64,000 nucleotides of DNA from an uncultured archaeon (lineage in GTDB: Archaea; Asgardarchaeota; Heimdallarchaeia; Heimdallarchaeales; Kariarchaeaceae). The position numbers were made by a program, and so were the translations under genes. Shown in pieces: positions 38,405 through 48,102 of the stretch. Every line of letters starts with the position of its first letter. Positions within the stretch are counted from its first letter, which is position 1. The notes below the pieces were generated by a model, which had not been told where the DNA came from, searched no databases, and saw only the letters and a program-made list of their open reading frames with translations. Location: NCBI GenBank assembly GCA_964645535.1, contig CAZYCQ010000006.1, positions 37,583-101,582 on the forward strand, read 5' to 3'.

Positions 38405-39148
38405 ATGGAGTTTCTAAAGCAAGTTAAATATTTCCTTTTGGGATTTGGAGGGGCAGGAGTAATCCTCCTGCTCTTTTTCCTTACGAATGACAAAGGAAAG
38501 ACAGCAATTTCATTAGGAGGCTCGACGATTTCTGCAAGGTTGAATGAGTCTACACTGACTCCAGTTCGGATCTTTCTAATTTCAATTGAATTTATTTGGC
38601 TTTTCAGCTGGGCAATCTTCTATATCAGGTTATCAAGGAATGCAAGTCAACCTGCTCCAGAGGAAACTGCCAAGAAGATAGAAGCATTTGAACCCAAATA
38701 CTTCCAAGGCGTGGCTGCGTTTCTTTTCCTTTTGTTAATCCTGTCCTTTGGTATTCCTTATCTTTTTGGACCAGGAATTGCCCAGTTCCACAATCATTCA
38801 ACGGATGATCCCTTTGATCAAAGAATCAATGTCAAAGCACATACCTTTGTTTTTGAGTTTGATTTGAACAATAATGGAACATATATATCTTCGCTCTCGA
38901 AGGATTCCCCTGCGGTTCAGTTAAAGACAAATGTCCGATATCTGTTCGTTCTTGTTTCTACGGACACTACGCATGGCTTTGGTCTTTATTCTCCAGACGG
39001 GGTGTTGCTTGGTCAAAACCAGATCATTCCAGGCTATGAGAACTATTATTATTTTACCTTTGAAGAAGCAGGCACATACAAAATTCTATGCATGGAATAC
39101 TGTGGTGCAGGACATCAAGTCATGATGTCATATATTTCGGTGGTGTAG
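38405..39148 (+). CDS. coxB: Heme-copper oxidase subunit II
   Basis: TM helices, DTTHGF, CMEYCGAGHQVM CuA site. Confidence 0.88.
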   Translation: MEFLKQVKYFLLGFGGAGVILLLFFLTNDKGKTAISLGGSTISARLNESTLTPVRIFLISIEFIWLFSWAIFYIRLSRNASQPAPEETAKKIEAFEPKYFQGVAAFLFLLLILSFGIPYLFGPGIAQFHNHSTDDPFDQRINVKAHTFVFEFDLNNNGTYISSLSKDSPAVQLKTNVRYLFVLVSTDTTHGFGLYSPDGVLLGQNQIIPGYENYYYFTFEEAGTYKILCMEYCGAGHQVMMSYISVV

Positions 39149-39156
39149 GTGGTAAT

Positions 39157-40644
39157 ATGAGTGAGAAAAGTTATGTAGAAGAAGCAAAAGAATTGTCTTT
39201 AGGTTATTTTGTAACTGGAGGACTTGTTCTTGCGATTGCAGTGCTCCTTGGACTGATGACCAGGATTTCACAGACTGGTTGGTTTGGAGAAGTTCCAAGA
39301 GTCTATTATTCCTTGATGACATTGCATGGTATGGCTGCATTTGTAGGATGGGGATGTTTCACATCCATGGGATTGACATGGTATGTTCTAGTTAAGACAT
39401 TGGATTCTCCACTTCACAGTCCTAAACTTGTCAAAGCGATTTATTGGTTGTTTGCAGTTGCTTTTGTACTGCTAGCTGTCAGTGTCCTTTATGGTCGATT
39501 CGGTGGATCATGGGTGTTCCTTTATCCAATTGCGTTTTATGGATATTGGGATTCAACTGCTGCAGGCATTTGGACATTTGGTGTCATTCTTGCTGGAGTT
39601 GGGATAATCCTTTACGGACTGGAAATCCTTTTGACCATTCGGAAAGCAGGATATAGCCTTTTGGCAGCTTTGGGATTTGAATCCTTCAGGAAAGATTTCG
39701 AAGACATTAAGGATCGGATTCCTTTGGCGGCAGTTCCCTTTGCAGTTATCGGATTGGGTATGATTGTTGCCACAATTCCATTTGCATACTTGTTGATCTA
39801 TCAACTTTTGGAGTTGATGGGAATAATCAACACCAGAATGGATCCTCTTCTTGCCAAAAATTTCCTATGGTGGTTTGGTCATCCTGTGGTTTATCTCATA
39901 CTATTTCCAGTGGTTGGTTTCTTTTACTATGTAACTGAAATTTACGCAGGACAGAAATTAGTTGGGGAACGATATGCAAAGCTTGCTTGGGCTTTGGCAA
40001 CTATAATCCAGAACTTCATTGGTGCCCACCATCTTTATGCAGACATTGCCCAACAACCATGGATCCACGTCTGGTCCCAAATGGGGACTTATGTTATCAT
40101 CATTCCATCCCTGATCTCCATTTTTTCCATTACTGCAACCATCTATATTTCTGAATTCAAATGGGGTATTGCTTCGCAATACATGTTCGTATCCTTGACA
40201 TTTTGGCTATTGGCCGGTCTTTCAGGATGGGTGAATGCAACAATCTCCTTGAACATTAATATTCACAACACATTGTGGGTTGTTGCTCACTTCCATGTCA
40301 TGGCACTAATGGCATTGACCACCATGATTTTCGGAATGGGCTATCACCTGATTGGAGATTACACAGAAGGTAATTTCAATGAGAAATTGGGGGTTAGGGC
40401 ACTTTGGACATATGTCATCGGTGCCCTTGGCTTCACCCATTTCTGGTTCATCCAAGGTCTTTGGGGAGGAATAAGGAGGTCTTTCTATTCCACACCAGAG
40501 TCCTTGACAGCCTTGACCTATTTCAGTATTCCATTTATGATCCTCGCAGTGATAGGGGTGTGGCTTAATATCTATGTTGCAATGAAAGCGGTCTTTGGAT
40601 CTTCCACGAAGGAACCAAATGCATCTGCCGTTGCAGGGCAGTGA
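39157..40644 (+). CDS. coxA: Heme-copper oxidase subunit I (B-family-like)
   Basis: TLHG, WFGHPVVY, GAHH, AHFH; start moved to ATG 39157. Confidence 0.92.
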   Translation: MSEKSYVEEAKELSLGYFVTGGLVLAIAVLLGLMTRISQTGWFGEVPRVYYSLMTLHGMAAFVGWGCFTSMGLTWYVLVKTLDSPLHSPKLVKAIYWLFAVAFVLLAVSVLYGRFGGSWVFLYPIAFYGYWDSTAAGIWTFGVILAGVGIILYGLEILLTIRKAGYSLLAALGFESFRKDFEDIKDRIPLAAVPFAVIGLGMIVATIPFAYLLIYQLLELMGIINTRMDPLLAKNFLWWFGHPVVYLILFPVVGFFYYVTEIYAGQKLVGERYAKLAWALATIIQNFIGAHHLYADIAQQPWIHVWSQMGTYVIIIPSLISIFSITATIYISEFKWGIASQYMFVSLTFWLLAGLSGWVNATISLNINIHNTLWVVAHFHVMALMALTTMIFGMGYHLIGDYTEGNFNEKLGVRALWTYVIGALGFTHFWFIQGLWGGIRRSFYSTPESLTALTYFSIPFMILAVIGVWLNIYVAMKAVFGSSTKEPNASAVAGQ

Positions 40645-40692
40645 AATGAGCAATATGACAAATTTGTTAAAAATAATAATGTAGTAAAGGTA

Positions 40693-41166
40693 ATGAAAAC
40701 AATCTGTAAAAAATATTTCCCATATTTTTTTTCTATTCTTGGAATATTCATTTTGGTCAGTTTTATTCCTACTGAATGGTTTAAGCTAGATTTAGTCAAG
40801 GATCCAAACGTGGTGTGGCTTGAATGGGAATTGACCTATCGTTTCAAAATGGTGATTGCAATTATTATTGGCGGGGTTATTGGTGCATTTTCGGGAATTG
40901 ATATTTCTCGGTATAAATCCCTCCTTATGAATGAGGAGGAAATTTCCAAGACACATGCCGGTTGGAAATGGATGCTGTTCAATGACCTGTTTGTTTTGGA
41001 ACTTTTCCTGTTTTTTTTTATTTCTGGTACTCTGTATATAAGAATTTTACAGGAAGATCAAGAGAATATACAAGTGGAGTTGCTTAGGCTAATCGACATA
41101 ACCTATCCTCTGTGGTATGTTTTCGGATTAATTGTAGGAAGGTCATTGCTTGGAAAATTTCGGTGA
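40693..41166 (+). CDS. Hypothetical 4-TM membrane protein
   Basis: Four hydrophobic segments, downstream of coxA. Confidence 0.55.
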   Translation: MKTICKKYFPYFFSILGIFILVSFIPTEWFKLDLVKDPNVVWLEWELTYRFKMVIAIIIGGVIGAFSGIDISRYKSLLMNEEEISKTHAGWKWMLFNDLFVLELFLFFFISGTLYIRILQEDQENIQVELLRLIDITYPLWYVFGLIVGRSLLGKFR

Positions 41167-42026
41167 AAAAGCCCAGAATTGTATCTTAATCTTTGTCTGT
41201 ATCTGTATAAGAAGGAGAGTGGGGATGCATTGGACACTATGTTTCGTAACCATTTGATTCGTCTGTTTTCAAGATCTATAATGCAGGCAGAATCCTCAAC
41301 CGTCGCGCCAGGATTTAGTCCCCACCATCCGTTGGGGGAATAATATAATCCTCTGGATTCATGGATATGACCGCAGATTACTCCTTCAATTCCTGCATTT
41401 TCCATAAAATAGGAAATTGGTTTACTTCCTGCATGAATTTTTTTCGATGGAATATAATCAAGAGATGTACCATAGGGGGGACTGTGTGAAATTAATATTC
41501 TGGTGTTAGCATCATCACGGATCTGTTTTCCCAATCCGCTCAATTTCCTGTAGGCGGTCAATGGGTGAATTTCTCCAAATGATTTTGCACGCTTTTCTCC
41601 TGAGGAATCGGTAACCCATCCAAAACCCAATAACTGCAAATCATCAATCATAATGCTCTTTTCCTGTAACCAGATAAGGTTGGGTTTAATTTCTGAGTAG
41701 GTCTTGATCCATTCCCTGAATTCCGGTGTTTCCACATTTCCAGGAATTGCGACAACAGGGACATCAAAATTAAGAAGAAAATCAAAGAACTTTCTGGCGA
41801 AAATTATCTGCAATCTGGTAGTTCTTTGGAGGAAACGGCTTTGGACATTCTTGACATATTCAGAACGACCACCCCGTTCGATCAGATAAGAATAAACGAT
41901 AACAGGGAGATCAACTGTTGTAGGAATATCACCCGGTAAGACAATCATATCTGGTTGTTCCTGTGCAATTATCGGAGTGACATTGGGGGAAATGCCATGA
42001 ATGTCGGAAAGAACCAGAATTTTCAA
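41103..42026 (-). CDS. Calcineurin-like metallophosphoesterase
   Basis: SDIHG, GD, GN, HSPP, CGHIHE. Confidence 0.88.
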   Translation of the reverse strand: MKILVLSDIHGISPNVTPIIAQEQPDMIVLPGDIPTTVDLPVIVYSYLIERGGRSEYVKNVQSRFLQRTTRLQIIFARKFFDFLLNFDVPVVAIPGNVETPEFREWIKTYSEIKPNLIWLQEKSIMIDDLQLLGFGWVTDSSGEKRAKSFGEIHPLTAYRKLSGLGKQIRDDANTRILISHSPPYGTSLDYIPSKKIHAGSKPISYFMENAGIEGVICGHIHESRGLYYSPNGWWGLNPGATVEDSACIIDLENRRIKWLRNIVSNASPLSFLYRYRQRLRYNSGLFHRNFPSNDLPTINPKTYHRG

Positions 42027-42069
42027 CTAACAATTCATGGAAGTTCAATTTATAATTCTTTGTGGATAT

Positions 42070-42471
42070 TTAGATTGCAAATGGCCATTCAATATCAACA
42101 GTGAAAAGAATCATGAGAACCAATCCAAGAATGGTCATGTTTTTCATAAAATGGGTCATTTCAGCCATTTTCATTTGTTCGTCCTCAACCTTCCAGAAAT
42201 TGTGCATCATTGGAGTCACACCAATGAAGAAAAGAGCCAAAGCAATTGTACCAATCAAAGGCTGAAAACCTATCAGGAAAGAAATTCCACCAATAAGCAG
42301 AAGCAAGCCGCTGCCAATGACAGCCAATTTAGGAGCAGGAACACCCTTTGATCCTGCATATCCGCTCAGCATTTCGAGTTTCATGAAATGGTTCAGTCCA
42401 AACATAATGAACATGAAACCAGCAATAATTCTTCCAACTAGAAATATTTCGTTGTAAGCCATAATAATCAC
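42070..42471 (-). CDS. DoxX family membrane protein
   Basis: GR.I...F...G..H, H.FW, HFMKN...LG. Confidence 0.88.
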   Translation of the reverse strand: MIIMAYNEIFLVGRIIAGFMFIMFGLNHFMKLEMLSGYAGSKGVPAPKLAVIGSGLLLLIGGISFLIGFQPLIGTIALALFFIGVTPMMHNFWKVEDEQMKMAEMTHFMKNMTILGLVLMILFTVDIEWPFAI

Positions 42472-42875
42472 CTCTATCAGGCAAATATTATTTCAATATT
42501 GGATATATAAACAATATTTTATAGGAAAACAAGGAAGGAACTACCCCTGCAATTTTCAGGAGAGACACCAGATTGGAAGAGAAGGGTGATTCTGTGAAGA
42601 ATATTATTGAGAAAATTTTGGATGGCTGAAATTACAGGTTTTGGATTTGTTCTGGGTCTGAGAATTGATCAACATGTAGGGTTCTTTTTTTCCTTTTTCA
42701 ATATGGTAACATAGGAGGACATGACATTAACAGATTTTCCAAGGCTGAAATTGAGCTAAAAATATTTCACATTTGGTTATAGCACATGGATTTTGTGCAA
42801 TTCCTAGAAACTTGTGAGTTCAGAGTTATTTGCCAAATAGCTCTGTTTTTTATATCGACTAACCGAACAAGGACA

Positions 42876-43817
42876 ATGATTGTTAAAATTGAAAATCTTT
42901 CCAAGGTTTTCAAAGATGGAGAAAAGCAGGTTGTTGCCCTCCAAGATGCAAGTTTGGAGATCAAATCTGGCGCCACAGCCCTTCTTGGTCCCAATGGAAG
43001 TGGGAAATCAACATTGATCAAAATAATACTGGGATTGGTGGAACCTACAGCAGGTAAGTTCATTCTGTTTCCCGAACACGACATGAGCCATCGGGAAAGC
43101 CTATTGAAAATTGGATACATGCCTGAAACTCCATCTTTAATTTCTGGAGTCAATGCAGTCAAATTCATCAGGCATATAGGAATGCTCAGTGGATTGAATT
43201 ATAATACAGCAATGCAAAGAACGCATGAAGTATTGGATTATGTAGGAATCTTTGAAGAAAGGTATCGTGAGATCCGCGGATATTCGACCGGGATGAAACA
43301 AAGGATTCTGTTTGCACAAGCATTAGTCCACGATCCGGAATTTCTAATCTTAGACGAACCGACAACTGGGTTATCTCCTGAGGGGAGAAGTGAGATGCTT
43401 GATTTGATTACAGAGATAACAAAGGACTATGGTAAATCCATAATGTTTTCTACACACATTCTTCCAGATGTGGAAGACATCTGCAACAATGTCATCATCC
43501 TCTACAACGGAAAAGTTCTGTTTCAAGGAGGAACTGCGGAGATGTTGAACAAAATGCGGAAGGGAAAAAGGATCGTTGTTTCTTCGAATGTAGAGCAGAT
43601 AAAGAGCCAATTGATGGCCAATGGTTATGAGATAGAAAATGATTGGAGACAGGAAAACTCTTTTTTTCTAAGGTCTCCTGACGAAAATCCAATTGAATTT
43701 TCTGAAATACGGGAAGTAGTCCAAGCAAACCAATCCTATCTCATAGCATTTGAAGAGGAACAGGTCAGTCTAGAAAATCTTTTTGTGGAGCGCATACGGA
43801 GGGAAAGAGAAGAATGA
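42876..43817 (+). CDS. ABC-2 transporter ATP-binding protein
   Basis: GPNGSGKS, YSTGM, LDEPT; start moved to ATG 42876. Confidence 0.9.
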   Translation: MIVKIENLSKVFKDGEKQVVALQDASLEIKSGATALLGPNGSGKSTLIKIILGLVEPTAGKFILFPEHDMSHRESLLKIGYMPETPSLISGVNAVKFIRHIGMLSGLNYNTAMQRTHEVLDYVGIFEERYREIRGYSTGMKQRILFAQALVHDPEFLILDEPTTGLSPEGRSEMLDLITEITKDYGKSIMFSTHILPDVEDICNNVIILYNGKVLFQGGTAEMLNKMRKGKRIVVSSNVEQIKSQLMANGYEIENDWRQENSFFLRSPDENPIEFSEIREVVQANQSYLIAFEEEQVSLENLFVERIRREREE

Positions 43818-44731
43818 GCGTATATGAAAGCAAATACAGACCACTGAAAAAAGCCAGATCAAAAGAGTCTTTGAAGAATGATATTTGGGTCATGACAGTT
43901 TTTGAAATCCGCAGAAGTTTAAGCGGAAGATGGAGTAAAGTTCCATTGATTTTTGCTGGCTTTTTCCTATTCATCGCTTTGACATCGCTTGGGCAATTAC
44001 TTCTTCTTCCAGAGAAGGAATTTCTCCAGAGTCTGGAATTTTTTTCTGCATTCTTTCTTACTCCTGCTGAAGGTCCCGGTTCACTGATTTGGTTGCATGT
44101 GGCCATCATCAATTCAGGGCTAATTGCAACAGATCTTGGAGACAATACCTTCACCCTCTACATGACAAAGATGAGATTGAAGACCTACTTCCTGTCCAAA
44201 GTGATTGCTTCGATGATATTGACCATTATAGGTCTACCTTTGGTTTCAATCGCTTACTTCATTGTAGCAATTTACAAACGAGGTTTTCCTATTTTTCCAT
44301 TCAATTGGGACTTGATGATTGATTACCTTGTCATCTTGGGTAAATTGGTCGTCTTTGCCATTTTTGTGGTGTTTCTCTACAGTTCTCTGATCTTATTGTT
44401 TTCTGCCTATACAAAACGATCAATCAACGCAGGTGTTATTTTCATCGTTTTTCTCATCGCTTCTGTAGTCATTGCGGATGGTATCCTGTATGAGACGACA
44501 CAGGTGGAAATGTTTAGGTTGTTTAGTCCATTGACTGCAATGTACATTGTATTCACCAATTATTTTTCTCTGCAATTTTCATTTGGTGGAGCAGGAAACG
44601 ATGGAGGACCTCAAGCTATTGAACCAGAAAGTCCAGATTTAGTGGTATGGGCGATTTTTAGTACCATTGCCATGGCTGTTTTCTCATTGACAATGACATA
44701 CAGGAAACTGGTTACACTAAGGAGTGAGTAA
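43814..44731 (+). CDS. ABC-2 permease
   Basis: Six TM helices, IATDL...T..LY..K motif, operon position. Confidence 0.8.
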   Translation: MSVYESKYRPLKKARSKESLKNDIWVMTVFEIRRSLSGRWSKVPLIFAGFFLFIALTSLGQLLLLPEKEFLQSLEFFSAFFLTPAEGPGSLIWLHVAIINSGLIATDLGDNTFTLYMTKMRLKTYFLSKVIASMILTIIGLPLVSIAYFIVAIYKRGFPIFPFNWDLMIDYLVILGKLVVFAIFVVFLYSSLILLFSAYTKRSINAGVIFIVFLIASVVIADGILYETTQVEMFRLFSPLTAMYIVFTNYFSLQFSFGGAGNDGGPQAIEPESPDLVVWAIFSTIAMAVFSLTMTYRKLVTLRSE

Positions 44732-45676
44732 ATGACAGGGATAGAGTTCAAAAATGTAAGTAAGTTTTATGGGGAAGTCCTAGGATTGAATGACGTATCC
44801 TTTTTCATTCCAAAAGGGATAACTGGATTGGTCGGTTCCAATGGCGCTGGAAAGAGTACAACCATGAAACTCTGTGTATCGATTATCAAGCCTGATTTAG
44901 GAGAAGTGACTTACCAAGGAGAGTCCATTTGGAACAATCTTGCGTATCTCAAAAAAGTGGGCTACGCAACGGAAAAAGACAAGCTTTTCGAATGGATGAC
45001 AGGGTATGAGTTCCTTAAATGGAATGCCAGATTATTGGATCTCCATGGAACTGTTGCTGAAACGCGGATTAAGGAAATTTTGGAATTAATGGATCTTTCA
45101 CATGCAAAGGATCGGAAAATCCAAGGTTATTCTAGAGGGATGAGGCAACGTGTCAAGATCGGTCAGACACTCCTTCACGAACCTGAATTGATCTTCGTGG
45201 ATGAACCTATGTCTGGAACAGATCCACTTGGGAGGTATACAATAGCGGAAACATTCAGGAGAGTATACAAAGATGAGGGAAGATCAGTAATTCTCTCGTC
45301 ACATGTACTTCATGAGCTGGAACGATTGAGTACATGGTTGCTTATCCTTGAAAATGGCAAGTTAGTGGCAGAGGGAACAATGCACGGAATACGTGAGGCA
45401 ATGAACAATGTTCCTCAACATTTCATCATTACATCTCCAAATGTTGATTCAATATTGGAGAGCCTAGTGGATCAGATCATAGAATTCAAGCGCCTTTCTC
45501 CGTATAAAATCCAAGTTGCCGCCAAAAACCGTGAGGCTTTGGAAAACTCATTGGTAGAAATCCAACAAGACCAACATATTGAGATCAATGAATTCCTAAC
45601 TGCCGACGCAGATTTATCGGCGGTTTATCGACTTTTGAAAAATGGCAACAGAGATTCATGGAGGTATTTAGCATGA
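44732..45676 (+). CDS. ABC-2 transporter ATP-binding protein
   Basis: GSNGAGKS, YSRGM, VDEP. Confidence 0.9.
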   Translation: MTGIEFKNVSKFYGEVLGLNDVSFFIPKGITGLVGSNGAGKSTTMKLCVSIIKPDLGEVTYQGESIWNNLAYLKKVGYATEKDKLFEWMTGYEFLKWNARLLDLHGTVAETRIKEILELMDLSHAKDRKIQGYSRGMRQRVKIGQTLLHEPELIFVDEPMSGTDPLGRYTIAETFRRVYKDEGRSVILSSHVLHELERLSTWLLILENGKLVAEGTMHGIREAMNNVPQHFIITSPNVDSILESLVDQIIEFKRLSPYKIQVAAKNREALENSLVEIQQDQHIEINEFLTADADLSAVYRLLKNGNRDSWRYLA

Positions 45677-46569
45677 TGCAATTAGAAGCCGTAAAGGAAA
45701 AAATTAGAATCACCAAGCCAGTTTATTCACTTGCAATTTCGATGAATCGGGCGAACAGAACAACCAAAGCCCTAACAATTGGAATGTTCATTCCAGTACT
45801 TGTCCAAATGGTGATTTATTTCTATGGAATTTATGACAACCGGTGGGATTTTATTCAGATTAACCCTCGAGACTTAACAGGAGGAGATTTTTACCGGAGA
45901 ATGCTCCGCGTTCAGTTGAATGCCGCATTCCCTTATTTTTATACAATGACAGCTTTAATTATTGGGACTAACATGTATAGGGAAGAAATAAATGAAGATA
46001 CAATCACCTATACCATAACGAAACCGCTTCCTCGAAATTACATCTTTCTTCAAAAATATTTGGCCTATTTACGGATTTCCTTTTTTATCACTTTCCCGGC
46101 GCTTTCTGTATCATTTTGGAGCTCCGTACTTGTGTCCATGGTTTTTGATTCCAATTTCAATTATGGGGGAAGAGGAACAACTCTTATCTCATATCTGGCA
46201 ATATCCACTGAAAACTGGATCATTCTTATTATTGGTCTTCTTATTCTTCTAGCAACATTGGGAGTGGTTTTTGTTACTACAGGACTTCTCCTGAACCGCC
46301 CCCTGTTAGTAAACCTCTTTATCGGTTTTGGAATATTAATTGAACGAATCTTGATAGATTTGATCGACAATAGGATTGAACCATTGTATCTAGCCCAAAA
46401 TTTCATTGTCAGAACCTTAGTTGGCTTCGATGAAGCATTTGCAGGATTCCTACGGTCACGGGAAATTTTCGGATTTGGATTGGACGGAACAATCATCAAT
46501 TCAATACTTATTGTATTTATTGGATTATGGTATGGTATGAGAAAGTCATTGGAGAAAGAATTTTGGTAA
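45658..46569 (+). CDS. ABC-2 permease
   Basis: EEINEDTI.Y..TKP..R motif, TM helices. Confidence 0.8.
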   Translation: MEVFSMMQLEAVKEKIRITKPVYSLAISMNRANRTTKALTIGMFIPVLVQMVIYFYGIYDNRWDFIQINPRDLTGGDFYRRMLRVQLNAAFPYFYTMTALIIGTNMYREEINEDTITYTITKPLPRNYIFLQKYLAYLRISFFITFPALSVSFWSSVLVSMVFDSNFNYGGRGTTLISYLAISTENWIILIIGLLILLATLGVVFVTTGLLLNRPLLVNLFIGFGILIERILIDLIDNRIEPLYLAQNFIVRTLVGFDEAFAGFLRSREIFGFGLDGTIINSILIVFIGLWYGMRKSLEKEFW

Positions 46570-46636
46570 TATGATTGTTCTTCTATCAAAGTATTTATAT
46601 CAATTTTTTTCGTTTAATTCATAAGGTTGTTAAATA

Positions 46637-46999
46637 ATGGAAACGTCAGAAGGCGAACATGCATATTGTCCATTGGCAATGGCGTCTCTCCTATTGAGTT
46701 CGAAATGGGATCTAATCATCATCTCAAATCTAATGTCGGGACCGAAACATTTCCAAGAACTGAAGACCATGATATCCATGGGGATTGAGGGAACCATTAC
46801 TCCTGCCTCACTTTCTAGAGTACTAAAACGATTGCAGGAAGAAGGTCTAATTGAACGACAGGTCAAGGTGAAGGATCTTTCGCCAATTGAGATACAATAT
46901 AGGCTCACTAAGATGGGAGAGGACTTGCGACCCGTTCTTGATGAACTCAGGAAATGGGGAGAAAAATACCAGTACAAGATTATTCAAAAATCAAATTAA
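46637..46999 (+). CDS. HxlR-family winged-HTH regulator
   Basis: CP...A..LL..KW, LS..LK.L...GLI.R, Y.LT..G..L.P. Confidence 0.9.
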   Translation: METSEGEHAYCPLAMASLLLSSKWDLIIISNLMSGPKHFQELKTMISMGIEGTITPASLSRVLKRLQEEGLIERQVKVKDLSPIEIQYRLTKMGEDLRPVLDELRKWGEKYQYKIIQKSN

Positions 47000-48022
47000 A
47001 AGATTGACAGGTTGATGTGATTGGAGAGATCTTATTGATGCATCTACAAATTCCATGACCCTTAATCCATTGTCAATATTCACCAATGGTTCAGCCCTTC
47101 CATTGATGACGTCTAGAAAATTCAGATGTTCTTCAAGGAGAGGCTCACCGTACACCTTTATTGAAGACCCTGGTCCGTGGGGGATTGAGATGACTCCTTC
47201 TTGACTGGTAATGTTGCCTAATGCGCGTATTTCAATTGTTTGGGCGATGAGATCGACATTGAAAGTGGATTTTTCACATTCAATGGTTATCTTTCTCTCT
47301 TTGCCTGCAAATTCTCTTGAAAGATGAACCATCCCATGGAAATTGTCTCCGCTAATGGATATCAGGGCAGAGTTGAGTGAATCTTCCTTATAGATACCTG
47401 TTGAATAGATTCTGAGTGACCCATTGACAAATCTGGAAAGAATATCGAAATCGTGCACACCCAGATCCTCCAAAACACCGGATAAAGACCCCAGGCGTTC
47501 AATAGGGACTGCACCTTTTCGGCTCACGGTGAAGGTTCGCACTTTTCCATAATGACCGGATTTAATCAATTCAATGAATTTCGATACAACAGGATTGAAT
47601 ACCTCAATGTGTCCAATTAAAGTCTTTACCTGCATGGACTGGAGGATTTCCGCCACCTTTCTTGATTCATGCAGATCAGAGGCCACAGGTTTTTCCAAAA
47701 GAACTGCCTTTATCCTTTCAAACTTTTTTTGGATCTGTTCAACTACAGACAGATGAAATTTGGTAGGTACAGCAATAATAATCCCATCAGGAGTAAATTC
47801 CACCTCGTCCAATGATTGATAGGTAGGAACATCATATTCACGGTCTGCAAGGCTTCTTGCCTTTTCCGAAGGTTCAACAATTCCTCCTAGGACCCCTAAT
47901 TTATTGGTGACTCTGGCATGTAGCCTCCCCATATTTCCAAATCCGATCAGTAGCTCTTTAACCACAACATTGGTCAGAATTGACCTGTAAAAAATCATAC
48001 GACAGGTACGAGTTCTTCCCAC
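46991..48022 (-). CDS. Gfo/Idh/MocA oxidoreductase
   Basis: GFGNMG, EKP, GHIE.FNP, DLGVHD; true start probably slightly downstream of the ORF start. Confidence 0.88.
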   Translation of the reverse strand: MGRTRTCRMIFYRSILTNVVVKELLIGFGNMGRLHARVTNKLGVLGGIVEPSEKARSLADREYDVPTYQSLDEVEFTPDGIIIAVPTKFHLSVVEQIQKKFERIKAVLLEKPVASDLHESRKVAEILQSMQVKTLIGHIEVFNPVVSKFIELIKSGHYGKVRTFTVSRKGAVPIERLGSLSGVLEDLGVHDFDILSRFVNGSLRIYSTGIYKEDSLNSALISISGDNFHGMVHLSREFAGKERKITIECEKSTFNVDLIAQTIEIRALGNITSQEGVISIPHGPGSSIKVYGEPLLEEHLNFLDVINGRAEPLVNIDNGLRVMEFVDASIRSLQSHQPVNLLI

Positions 48023-48102
48023 ACTAATTGGATTAATTCTTGCACCAAACCAATCGGATTCAGCTAGTTTTAAGTTCTTTGGAATTTCGGTAATATTCAG
48101 TC

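Noticed and set aside
42713-42759. 12-codon uORF (MTLTDFPRLKLS) with AGGAGG upstream of the ABC-2 operon
   Set aside because: Too short to support; no attenuator structure seen
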